Source: a virus (lineage: Duplodnaviria; Caudoviricetes). From it: a stretch of DNA of 30,946 nucleotides. Positions within the stretch are counted from its first letter, which is position 1. Every line of letters starts with the position of its first letter. Where the stretch lies: IMG/VR virus record IMGVR_UViG_3300043429_000320, positions 1 to 30,946 of that record, one strand, 5' to 3'. This document shows, one piece after another, positions 5,236 to 14,199 of this stretch. The position numbers and the translations under genes were made by a program. The notes beneath the pieces are model-generated. The model saw only the letters and a program-made list of their open reading frames with translations, did no database searches and was not told the DNA's origin.

Positions 5236-8168
5236 CAGGAGAACGTCTCAGCATCGTCGCTTGATGACACGATGGTGATTCCATTCGTCGTGTGTGTATA
5301 AATCAGATACACGACTCCCAGGCGCCAGTAGCACGCGATCTCATCATCCGAAACATTACCTGTTACCACGTTCGACGCAGATGTGATGACGTTACCCATC
5401 GGGTCACGCTTCACGCGCTGGATGTTCGACGAGCTCGTGCGGAAGAAGATATATTCCATTCCATTCGGGGAGACACAGACTGTTCCGTGTGCCCCGGTCC
5501 CAATCGTTGTAGCCACTGATACTGTGTTCCCTTCGTCGTCGGTTGTGTACCGCTTCACTTCACCGCTGGTCGTATCCACGATGATGATAAGACTCATCGC
5601 ACCACTGTGCTTCTGATACGCCAGGCTGAGACATTCCGCGTTCGTGATCGGTGTCGTGACCTCGTCCCAGTTGGTTCCGTTATGTGCTCGCGAGTGGTAC
5701 AGCTTCACGCCACCAGATGCAGTGATGACACCATAGGTCGCTTGCTGTGCCGGTGATACGTCCGCAGCGGTACAGTTTCCCGCGAGAGTTTCTTCACGGA
5801 ATACAGCTCGCTGACGCTTCGCGGAGTACATCGGATTGACACCGACACTCGATGCTCCGATGACGATGGAGTGATTCGCTTTGCCGAGTCCGTATGGTGA
5901 GCCGGTCTGGTAGTTTCCAAGCGCATCGAATGTCGAGTCTGTTCCCCTGGACGAGGAATCGCTCGAGAGCTGAAGCGTCACGGTTCCGGATGTCGCCGGG
6001 TCTCCTGACGTATCGAAAACAATTCCATGCGCCGGTCCACGAAGGATGGCGCCGAATGGAAGGTACAGCGCTGAGTCTGTCCCGCCATTGACATCGAACG
6101 GGTCGTACAGATCAGGAATAAAGTCGCCATTGATGGAGTCAAACAGAGTCTGCGCCGTGATGGTGCCTGTTCCGATCTCGAAGCCATACGCGAAGTCAGT
6201 TCCAGATGTTGCGTTCGGCGTTGCGAGGATTCCACCGCCATAAAGCCATGTGCTGATACCAGTTCCACCATTCAGGAAACAGTCGCGCAATGGCGGTTGT
6301 GACACGCTACAGGTACCACTGCCCGGGTACGCCACACTGTTCGTTGCAGTCCAGCCAGGATGTCGAACAATGCTGTCGTCGGACCCGTTGACTTGACCAG
6401 CGAGGTCGCTGATCGAGAGCGGCGTGACACTGTATGTCGTGACACCAGTCGCACCGCCGACAGTCTTCTGCCACCAGTAGTCGCTCTCCTCTTCGTCGCG
6501 CCCATCGTTCTTCTGTTGCCAGAAGCGTCGTGAATAGTAATACGTGGTTGTGTCGACTTCGGCGACAATCGCTGGCGTGATGCGTTCGTGCTCGTATCCC
6601 AGACCACTCGGAACATAGTGGCTGTTCGTGAAGCCGTTGGTCGTGTCCTGCTTCAGTGTGGTGGTGCCGAGGTCAATCGCCCCTGTAGCGATGCGAAGAC
6701 GTTGGCATGACGTAACACCCCAATATGCCGAATCGACGCTCTCTGAGCCAGCGTACGAACTGCTAGAGGTATTCTTGCGCGGGTATGGATTGTCCTTCCC
6801 ATCAGTAAGCGGAAGCGCAGACACAGACCATGCATCAGGACTGCACAGGTCGATGGTCACTGTCTGATACGACGTCGTTGCAGCTGTGATGTTCCACGTT
6901 TTTGTGTTGCCATGGTAGTCGGTTATGACGAAGGTCCCTGCCACACCTGTCCCGCTTTGCGCCTTGATTTGGATGTCAAGATATCGGTATCCGGACATTC
7001 CTTCATAGGGAGCGAACAGTCGGTCGTTCCCTGTGCCTGCGATGCTTCGTGTCGTGGCATACGCGAGTGACCAGCCATTGAAGCGGAATCCACGGAACAT
7101 GCACCTGGTCTCGCTTGATGCTTCACCGACAGCTGTAAGTGATGCGCCAGTGATCGCGACTGACACACTGACTGGCACACTATCAAGTGCAGTGGTTTTT
7201 GAATCATTCGTGCTATTCTTGACGATATCGCTGACCGCTGAATAAAGATAGAAGGTGTCAGACGATGAGATTGAACCAGTACCAGTAACGTCCCTGTATC
7301 CAGTCGTCTCAGCATCGAATCCAGTGATTCGACAAGTGAGGCTGTCAGGATATGAAGCAGACCAGGCACGGATGCGACCAGCCAGAGCACATACAGCCGC
7401 TATGCGAGCATAACTGGTTAGGTCAACTGTAATGACGTCATATGTTGCTGCTGACATTGTGACTGACCAGTTTGTCGCTGACTGTCCGCCAAACGTATGA
7501 CTATGTGATGCGGCATAAGGTGCCACGCCATTGACCAGGTAATTTGTAATTGCTGCCGATGCTGTTGCTTCGTCCTGACATACACCAGCGAGCGATGCGC
7601 CAAAGATGTAGGTCATCCTATGACGAGCTCCAGATGCATATGCGCCGGTTGCTGTGCACGCGGTGCCACCAATAGTCAAGGTACATGATGGCGTGCTTCC
7701 ATACCTTGACAACTCATACCACTCGTATGATGTAGATGGTGGGAACACAGTCGGAGCCGTCGAGATTGAATATGCTGTCTCAGTAATGTTCCAAAGTTTG
7801 TCGGTGCCAACAGTACACGACCATGATCCTGTAAGTGTGGCGGCAACATCGACCCACTCAGTGGCGAAACTCTCAGTACCACTAGCGACAGTTTTGACAA
7901 CAGTTGTCGAATGACCATAACCATCATTCGATGTCATAGTCAGGTATATAAACCACTGCCAGTTTGGCGCGTGTGGTGTGCTCGTCCATGACCATGTCCA
8001 TGTACTGTAAGCAGCAGTGTGTGTGGCTGCGCCTCCGATGCTTCCATCCACATAACCGAGTTTTAGTGCTACAAAAGGAACCAGATCATTTGGATAGACG
8101 AGGATGTTGTAGCTCAGCGATAGATCACATTGAGCGGTAGCACTTCGTGTGCCATCGATGTAGGCCAT
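5235..8168 (-). CDS. Large minor tail / tail-tip protein (977 aa), possible C-terminal beta-propeller
   Basis: Last gene of the tail module; Thr/Ser/Gly-rich beta-type composition; BNR/Asp-box-like SRAHNGTNW, TTDDEGNT and SSDDAETF near the C-terminus. Confidence 0.7.
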   Translation of the reverse strand: MAYIDGTRSATAQCDLSLSYNILVYPNDLVPFVALKLGYVDGSIGGAATHTAAYSTWTWSWTSTPHAPNWQWFIYLTMTSNDGYGHSTTVVKTVASGTESFATEWVDVAATLTGSWSCTVGTDKLWNITETAYSISTAPTVFPPSTSYEWYELSRYGSTPSCTLTIGGTACTATGAYASGARHRMTYIFGASLAGVCQDEATASAAITNYLVNGVAPYAASHSHTFGGQSATNWSVTMSAATYDVITVDLTSYARIAAVCALAGRIRAWSASYPDSLTCRITGFDAETTGYRDVTGTGSISSSDTFYLYSAVSDIVKNSTNDSKTTALDSVPVSVSVAITGASLTAVGEASSETRCMFRGFRFNGWSLAYATTRSIAGTGNDRLFAPYEGMSGYRYLDIQIKAQSGTGVAGTFVITDYHGNTKTWNITAATTSYQTVTIDLCSPDAWSVSALPLTDGKDNPYPRKNTSSSSYAGSESVDSAYWGVTSCQRLRIATGAIDLGTTTLKQDTTNGFTNSHYVPSGLGYEHERITPAIVAEVDTTTYYYSRRFWQQKNDGRDEEESDYWWQKTVGGATGVTTYSVTPLSISDLAGQVNGSDDSIVRHPGWTATNSVAYPGSGTCSVSQPPLRDCFLNGGTGISTWLYGGGILATPNATSGTDFAYGFEIGTGTITAQTLFDSINGDFIPDLYDPFDVNGGTDSALYLPFGAILRGPAHGIVFDTSGDPATSGTVTLQLSSDSSSRGTDSTFDALGNYQTGSPYGLGKANHSIVIGASSVGVNPMYSAKRQRAVFREETLAGNCTAADVSPAQQATYGVITASGGVKLYHSRAHNGTNWDEVTTPITNAECLSLAYQKHSGAMSLIIIVDTTSGEVKRYTTDDEGNTVSVATTIGTGAHGTVCVSPNGMEYIFFRTSSSNIQRVKRDPMGNVITSASNVVTGNVSDDEIACYWRLGVVYLIYTHTTNGITIVSSSDDAETFS

Positions 8169-10408
8169 TATTCAGGTCCACCGGATAAGTACACGCCACG
8201 ATAGACAGCCTTCCGGAACTGGACCGCGCCATTCTCCACCACGAACTCGATGGTCGGAATCGCGATGATTCGATAGACACCCTTCACCGTTGTTCCGTCC
8301 GGTTGCATGATAGTCACAACATCACGCACCCACAGAGGTCGGTTGTTCGACGACAACACCAGGAAGTCGCTCTCCCACTCGATGAGGATGCGACCAGTCA
8401 TCAATCGGTCCTTAAGCGCAACGGTTGCCTGATAGGCCACGCTGGAGTTTGTGATGGACGGATCAGACAGAATGTAAGGTACAGGTCGACCGCGCCAGTT
8501 ATACGGTCGGTCTGCTGGGAGTGTGTCTGCTGTCTGACTCGCCGAATCAGCATCGTAGGAATAGAGCAGGTCGCCATTCCTCGGGTCCTGCCCGATGACT
8601 GTTACCTGGTTACACTCTGGAGACTCATAATGCGCGGTCATACGACGCACCACACGCTTGTTCTGCAATGCTCCAGACACACCAGCGGCAGCTGCAGCCG
8701 CCACACTTTGGTACAGAGTCATCGCGCTGGTCGTTGTCAAGTCGATAGGATTCGCCCACTGGAACTTGTACCCAGAAGTCGTCGGACTCCAGCCCGTGAT
8801 GAAGTTTGCACAATAATCGGTCTTGAGTTTCTGGAGCATCGATGCGATGGTGTCGCCACGCTGTGGAACGAAGGACGAATAACCACGAGCGATGTCTGGA
8901 CTTCGCGAGATCTCTGTCCCTGTCGCGTCGTTGTACTCGAGGTACGTGGCCGGCGGGTAACCAGCCAGTGTCATCATGTCGCCGATTGCATCCTCGCCTG
9001 TGTACCCGTCGTACAGGATTCCGTCCTGGAAGTAATACAGCTCGAAGTCGCGTGAGCGGTCCTGTCCTTCGAACTGGAGTTTTGAGAAGTTCAGCGACAG
9101 GTCAGCCTGCTCATACTGAATCTGCGGAGGAGCGAGCGTTCCACGGAAGATGTCGATGTATGTGGGTGTAGGCGTCGCGCTGTTCGAGAGTGCCACACGA
9201 ATCGGTCGGTCGCTTGTGATCTGTGGCTGTTGAACTCCTGCCTCTAAAAGAGCAGCTCGCCTCGCTGTCATGCGAAGCGTGGTCCGCGAAGTTTCATCGA
9301 CCGACAGCGTAAGGTCATCGATGTACTGCGTGATGTCCACAGGTTCATCTGCTGTCGCTGTCGCGTCTGGCGTGTACGTTGCCATAGCTGCAGCCACACC
9401 AGATGTGCGCGTGTATGGCGATGGAGTCGTCACAGTGAGTTTGAGGCGCACTGTATCGATGATTCCATCTGGCGTGTACGGTGAGTTTCCAGCATCTACC
9501 AGCGTCACTGCTTCGGTGATTGTCCCTGTCGAAGTTCCAGCCACATCAGACCAGACAGTGCCCGTGAAGGTCGCTCCAGTCGGAGGCGCATACCGGAGTT
9601 TGATTGCCTTCGAGTAAAAGACACCAGTCTCCTCAAATGCAATTGGTGCAATCTGGACCGTTGGTCGACCATATGGAACACGCCATGCGAAACTTCCGGA
9701 TGGCACGATAGTTTGTCCAGGTAAGTCGTTCACATCCTCGAACAGGTGGCTGAAGTTTGCTCCGAATGTCGATGTCACCAGCAGCTCGCGACGCTTGAAT
9801 GGAATCATCATCAGCGCGATGTTTCGCTGCCCTACAGCACTCGCGCTCGCGACGCTTCGTCCTGGAGTCTTATTCGTGTCTGACTGGTCATAGACGCCCT
9901 TCTGGATTCCATTCTTGTAAACAATGCAGGAACCATTCGCACGGAATACCAGCTCAACAGTGGACGCTCCACCATAGCCCCACTGAACGCGAAGGATAGG
10001 CAGTGGACTAGCATCGACCCAGTTCGGGACATAGGCGGAAATATACCAGCCTTGATTGACGCCATACGAAGCCGTGGTCTGAACCCACTGCGTGTTTGCT
10101 GTTCCGAGAGACGTTGCAGTCAGGTAATAATCACCTGCCGCGTTTATCTCCATCTGCTTCCATATCGAGCCTGTGATGAGCGTGTAGGCGCTTCGTGGCA
10201 CACGAGCATAGAGTCCAGCGTAATTACTGGACCATGCTTCAGTAACAGGGAGAGGCGCAGGCATGCACGTGTTCGTCACATTGTCAAACCATCCAGTCGA
10301 ATACTGGCGGTCCCAGCAGGTTCCATCAGCACCGACACACACGCGTCCGAGGTCAGGACGTGGCTCAGGACAGTCGACTTCGACCAACAGTGGCCAGTTT
10401 GTCGCCAT
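8168..10408 (-). CDS. Minor tail / hub-type protein (746 aa)
   Basis: Directly follows the tape measure gene (TAATG coupling); C-terminal NQVTVIGQD ... LWVRDVVTI ... YRIIAI resembles tail hub proteins. Confidence 0.65.
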   Translation of the reverse strand: MATNWPLLVEVDCPEPRPDLGRVCVGADGTCWDRQYSTGWFDNVTNTCMPAPLPVTEAWSSNYAGLYARVPRSAYTLITGSIWKQMEINAAGDYYLTATSLGTANTQWVQTTASYGVNQGWYISAYVPNWVDASPLPILRVQWGYGGASTVELVFRANGSCIVYKNGIQKGVYDQSDTNKTPGRSVASASAVGQRNIALMMIPFKRRELLVTSTFGANFSHLFEDVNDLPGQTIVPSGSFAWRVPYGRPTVQIAPIAFEETGVFYSKAIKLRYAPPTGATFTGTVWSDVAGTSTGTITEAVTLVDAGNSPYTPDGIIDTVRLKLTVTTPSPYTRTSGVAAAMATYTPDATATADEPVDITQYIDDLTLSVDETSRTTLRMTARRAALLEAGVQQPQITSDRPIRVALSNSATPTPTYIDIFRGTLAPPQIQYEQADLSLNFSKLQFEGQDRSRDFELYYFQDGILYDGYTGEDAIGDMMTLAGYPPATYLEYNDATGTEISRSPDIARGYSSFVPQRGDTIASMLQKLKTDYCANFITGWSPTTSGYKFQWANPIDLTTTSAMTLYQSVAAAAAAGVSGALQNKRVVRRMTAHYESPECNQVTVIGQDPRNGDLLYSYDADSASQTADTLPADRPYNWRGRPVPYILSDPSITNSSVAYQATVALKDRLMTGRILIEWESDFLVLSSNNRPLWVRDVVTIMQPDGTTVKGVYRIIAIPTIEFVVENGAVQFRKAVYRGVYLSGGPE

Positions 10409-11973
10409 TAGATTCTCCTCATCTCAGTGACCAGATTCTGTCGTCCAGCCTGAATCATCATCTTCCGCATTGAACGCTCGAGGTCTGTGCTTGCAGGGAT
10501 GAGCGTCTGCGGAATGATTCCCACACCACCAACGTTCGTCGGGTTGTTTCCAGCCGTCGCGATCTCTGACGCCGTGACACCGATGGCGCCTAGACGTCCA
10601 CCGCCGAATGTTTGCTTCCGGAGGTCGAGAAGGTCTCGAGTGGACCCAGTGTTCTTCGCGATCTCGAAGAGGTGTCCCTCCATCGACTTCGCCATGTCCA
10701 CGAATGCGGCCTGCATCCTAGCGGCGTATTCAGCGATGGCGACCATCGTTCCAATGAGTCCGCCTCCACCCTTGCCTTCGGTAGACTTTGCTGCACCAGC
10801 AGCTGTGTCTGCTGCTTTACCAATATCAGTGACGGCAGGTGGAGTCAGTTCACCCGCTTTCCCGCCAGTCGCTTCGACTGTCATCTTGCCAGCCTTGCCG
10901 GCCTTGTCAATTTCTTCGAATAGTTTATATGCACCAAATCCAGCAATTGCAGCAGCAGCCATCGCCGCTATTCCAAGTGCAGGATTTGCCGCAGCCTTAC
11001 CAATCAGGACGGCCACATTCAATGCTCTCATCGCTGCCACTGCACCCATCACAGCTTTGGCAACAACATTGAACTGAACAGCCATGTCAGCAAGGAACGA
11101 AACAACAGCGAGAGCGATCAATGCTTTCATTACGTTGTTAAGTGCGGTGCCTTCGGTCGCCATCACTTTTAAAAGATTGGTTGCCTGTTCCAGTTTCTTG
11201 ATAATCTCTGGCCCGAATGCCGCAAGGAATGAAGCGACAATATTGCCTAGTGCCACATTAAAACGGAACGTCGCATCACCAACATTGTCCATCGCAGTCT
11301 GGATACCAGCCGATGCTTGTGGCAGTTTTCCGAGTTCGATTGCAATCTTGCGAACAGCCTGTGCGCCAGTTAATCCCATTTTAGAAATCGCTTCACCACT
11401 TCGTGTACCGAATGCCGCCTCGATGGCGTTTCCTGCGACAGCACTGGCTTCCACGAGCTGATTGATTTCTTCCTGTGAAACGCTCGTCTTCCCAGCCATG
11501 TCGGTCATACCCTTGGTCATTTGAGCAAGTGTTTCAGCAGAACCACCAGTAGAGGCAATGGCGTTTGCCATACCCTTCAATGCTTGTTCGGCTTCTGATG
11601 CACTTAGTCTTACGGAACGAAGACCGACGAATCCACGAATAGACTGTTCGAGGTTAATGCCTGGAAGTGCCGCGATTTGTTCCAGTCGCGCCATCTGTGC
11701 ATTTAGTTCGTCAGTGGTACTGACAGTTGTCGCTACAGCGCGTGACAGTGAATCGTAAGTTGCAGCTGCATCCAGTGCACCTTTAGCAAATCCAATGACT
11801 GCGCCACCTACGAGCAGACCTTTGACCTGACCTGCGAGAGCGGCTGTGCTGTCCTTGGTTTTGTCCAGACCATCAGCCGCTGACTTTGCTTCGGTCTTGA
11901 TGTTCTTCAGTGCCTGAACAGCATCGCCGGCGCCTGTAACTTTGAAAACGATGTCGAAGATGCCGAGCGCCAT
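10408..11973 (-). CDS. Tape measure protein (521 aa)
   Basis: Ala/Gly-rich helical sequence; MAGKTSVSQEEINQLVE is a typical tape-measure domain motif; follows the tail chaperone. Confidence 0.9.
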   Translation of the reverse strand: MALGIFDIVFKVTGAGDAVQALKNIKTEAKSAADGLDKTKDSTAALAGQVKGLLVGGAVIGFAKGALDAAATYDSLSRAVATTVSTTDELNAQMARLEQIAALPGINLEQSIRGFVGLRSVRLSASEAEQALKGMANAIASTGGSAETLAQMTKGMTDMAGKTSVSQEEINQLVEASAVAGNAIEAAFGTRSGEAISKMGLTGAQAVRKIAIELGKLPQASAGIQTAMDNVGDATFRFNVALGNIVASFLAAFGPEIIKKLEQATNLLKVMATEGTALNNVMKALIALAVVSFLADMAVQFNVVAKAVMGAVAAMRALNVAVLIGKAAANPALGIAAMAAAAIAGFGAYKLFEEIDKAGKAGKMTVEATGGKAGELTPPAVTDIGKAADTAAGAAKSTEGKGGGGLIGTMVAIAEYAARMQAAFVDMAKSMEGHLFEIAKNTGSTRDLLDLRKQTFGGGRLGAIGVTASEIATAGNNPTNVGGVGIIPQTLIPASTDLERSMRKMMIQAGRQNLVTEMRRI

Positions 11974-12526
11974 TAGATAGTCCTTTTCGCCAGCACCGAC
12001 ATCACGGCCTTGACGATTTCAACAATTTGATTTTCCCAGACTTCGCCAGCCCATGCGACTTCGGCGAACTCGTCCAGGCTCAAATCGGTCTCGCTGGGAT
12101 GGCGCTTCAAATGCCTCACTGAACAGTAGAGTATCTTCTGCGCCACCCCGCCTAGTCGTTTGGGACTTCGTCCACCGCTGCTTCGATGTCAATCGGGAAT
12201 GCTTTGGCAAACTCTCCGACCACGTAGAGGTAAATGTCCGAGCGGTCTCGAGCGAGCTGTGCAAACCGACGCGATGGATTGATTTCACCGTCTCCAGGCT
12301 GAATCACATAGCATCGTGCCATGATCATCAGAATCTGGAGCATCTGGTCCGGGAACTCCGGGAATGCAATCTTCAACGCCTTCTGGACTTCGGGTCGAGG
12401 AAACAAATCAGCGGCCTTCGGTTCACGGAATGTGAATGAACCAGGTGCACCGATGAAGCGCTCGATGTCGACTACGTGATTCGGTCGACCTTCTGTTTTA
12501 GGAATGGCGTCGAAGATTGAACTCAT
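11973..12526 (-). CDS. Tail assembly chaperone, long (-1 frameshifted, gpGT-like) product
   Basis: Slippery C CCA AAC at 12164-12158; the -1 frame is open for 61 codons (RLGGVAQKIL...VLAKRTI) and its TAA overlaps the tape measure ATG. Confidence 0.85.
12152..12526 (-). CDS. Tail assembly chaperone, short (gpG-like) product
   Basis: 124 aa between the major tail and tape measure genes; ends ...EVPND* just after the slippery site. Confidence 0.85.
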   Translation of the reverse strand: MSSIFDAIPKTEGRPNHVVDIERFIGAPGSFTFREPKAADLFPRPEVQKALKIAFPEFPDQMLQILMIMARCYVIQPGDGEINPSRRFAQLARDRSDIYLYVVGEFAKAFPIDIEAAVDEVPND

Positions 12527-12978
12527 TATGATCCTGACAGACCAGTGATTCCGCTCACACCGAGTTTGATGGTCGCGGTCTCGGTCTGTGTCTCCTCTGG
12601 GGTTAGACTTAGTCCTGCCTCAGTAACCATTCCGAAATACTTGATGACGTTACCGGCAACAGATGCAGCACCATCCAAGTCTACATCAATCTCACAACCG
12701 AATCCGACTTTGGTCGCGAACAGAGGACCAGTGGTGTTGTCGATGTACAGTTCGAGGTTCACTGTTCCGGTTTGTGTCGTCGGCAGGGATGCTTCGTAGA
12801 CCGCGCACAATGCCGTGGCGTTGACCATGTTCTGTGAAACAGTCGAGGAGAACGACTTTGCCAGACAGACGATGCTGGTTGCGGTCGTTGTCGGAAGTAC
12901 AGTCGTGTCACCCGTGAGTGCAGCTGCGGTGAAAGTGATCGTCAGTGTGACGTCTTTTGCGAGTAGTGGACGAGCCAT
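12526..12978 (-). CDS. Major tail (tube) protein
   Basis: 150 aa, Thr-rich beta-sandwich-like pattern; GAGG RBS; canonical position before the chaperone. Confidence 0.75.
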   Translation of the reverse strand: MARPLLAKDVTLTITFTAAALTGDTTVLPTTTATSIVCLAKSFSSTVSQNMVNATALCAVYEASLPTTQTGTVNLELYIDNTTGPLFATKVGFGCEIDVDLDGAASVAGNVIKYFGMVTEAGLSLTPEETQTETATIKLGVSGITGLSGS

Positions 12979-12990
12979 TGATAGTTACCT

Positions 12991-13467
12991 CTATGGAGTT
13001 ATTGTGGCTGTGTACAGTTGCACTATGCCATTATCGACGCGACCATCCTGGCTCACGTCTACCGATGAGCTCACGCTCGTTCGATTCAGGAAAAATGGAG
13101 GCGTGGTCGAATCGACTGTCTGCTTGTTTAGAAGCGTGTCGATGCGGTCCACGATGCCCTTGATACGCGCCATCGAGACAGCGCCTGACTGTGTATCCCA
13201 GCACCACACTTGATGGCTTGATGTTGTCACGATACGGCCACCACACATCGACTGTTCGTCAGTCTGACCACCATCAGTGTGACGAACCACGATGTATGGC
13301 ACTTGTGGCTGTCGAAGGGATATCGGGTCCTTCTCAGGAGCGAGGTACAGGTAGATGCCCTGCTGATAGTTCGGTGCGCGATTGTCCACCGCCAGCAGTC
13401 CCTGGAGCGTCGTATCTGCTGTGAGCGTGTCATAGATCCACTCGTCGACGACTAGACTCTCAACCAT
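12991..13467 (-). CDS. Tail terminator/completion protein (DUF3168-like)
   Basis: IYDTLTADTTLQGLL ... IY ... APE ... PYIVV ... IVDRIDTLL pattern; synteny. Confidence 0.75.
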   Translation of the reverse strand: MVESLVVDEWIYDTLTADTTLQGLLAVDNRAPNYQQGIYLYLAPEKDPISLRQPQVPYIVVRHTDGGQTDEQSMCGGRIVTTSSHQVWCWDTQSGAVSMARIKGIVDRIDTLLNKQTVDSTTPPFFLNRTSVSSSVDVSQDGRVDNGIVQLYTATITP

Positions 13468-13846
13468 TGAAGTATCTCCTCACGACGCTCGTGAATGCCG
13501 CCCACGCCTTATCGGATGCAGGAATCGCGAATGGTCTGTTCTTCACGAACTCGAGAATCTTGCCGTATGGCGCGGCGATGCTCACGATGTACTCATAGTC
13601 ATTGACGCGACCGACAGTGATGGACGAACGCAACGCTCCTGTGAGGACCGCTGGTGCTTGTCCTGGCGCGGATGCCTGATGCGTCCTGTTCTTCCCGATC
13701 TTGTAAACACGACCAGACTTCTGCCCGGTCATGCTGGCAATCATCAGACGCATAGCCTTCGCCGCCGTCTCCTGTAGCCAAACAGATAGCACACGAAAAC
13801 GATGCTCAGCATCGTCGAATCCAGACAGGTCGACCTTGACTGTCAC
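13460..13846 (-). CDS. HK97 gp10-like neck/tail completion protein
   Basis: HQASAPGQAPAVLTGALRSSI ... APYGKILEF ... RPF motif. Confidence 0.85.
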   Translation of the reverse strand: MTVKVDLSGFDDAEHRFRVLSVWLQETAAKAMRLMIASMTGQKSGRVYKIGKNRTHQASAPGQAPAVLTGALRSSITVGRVNDYEYIVSIAAPYGKILEFVKNRPFAIPASDKAWAAFTSVVRRYFNG

Positions 13847-14199
13847 GGAGCGAGGACCTCGATGAGCAGTGGACCGAAGCGTCGCACCGTGGTCGATACC
13901 GTGAGCGACAATGTCAAGCGAATCACAGCTGCTGTCGGGTATGCAGCCGGGTTGAGAATCGTGACGATACCTTGTGACGACAATGACTTTGTGAGCGTCA
14001 CGGAACCAGTCACGAAGGAATACGCCACGCCTGTCGCTGCGTTTGTGTACGTTGCGCTGAGCGTGCCTGTCGTGATGTCAATCGGTGAGCCATTCTCATC
14101 GACCAGACGCACGACGAATGTGTGCCAGTCACCGACCCATGCCGCGACCTGCACGACCTGTTCAGGGTCTTCGGTGATGTTGATTATGTTCACACTCAT
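13843..14199 (-). CDS. Virion structural protein, Ig-like/BppU-N-like domain
   Basis: GDWHTFVVRLVDENGSPIDIT; paralogous to the C-terminus of the upstream 700-aa protein. Confidence 0.55.
   Translation of the reverse strand: MSVNIINITEDPEQVVQVAAWVGDWHTFVVRLVDENGSPIDITTGTLSATYTNAATGVAYSFVTGSVTLTKSLSSQGIVTILNPAAYPTAAVIRLTLSLTVSTTVRRFGPLLIEVLAP

Noticed and set aside
5009-5278. 89-aa + strand ORF spanning the palindrome array
   Set aside because: It overlaps both flanking genes in antisense, crosses a + strand terminator and has no RBS; the motif-like peptides are better explained by the DNA palindromes.
12019-12288. 89-aa ORF as the chaperone extension
   Set aside because: Wrong frame; the -1 frame from CCCAAAC is the one that ends at the tape measure start.
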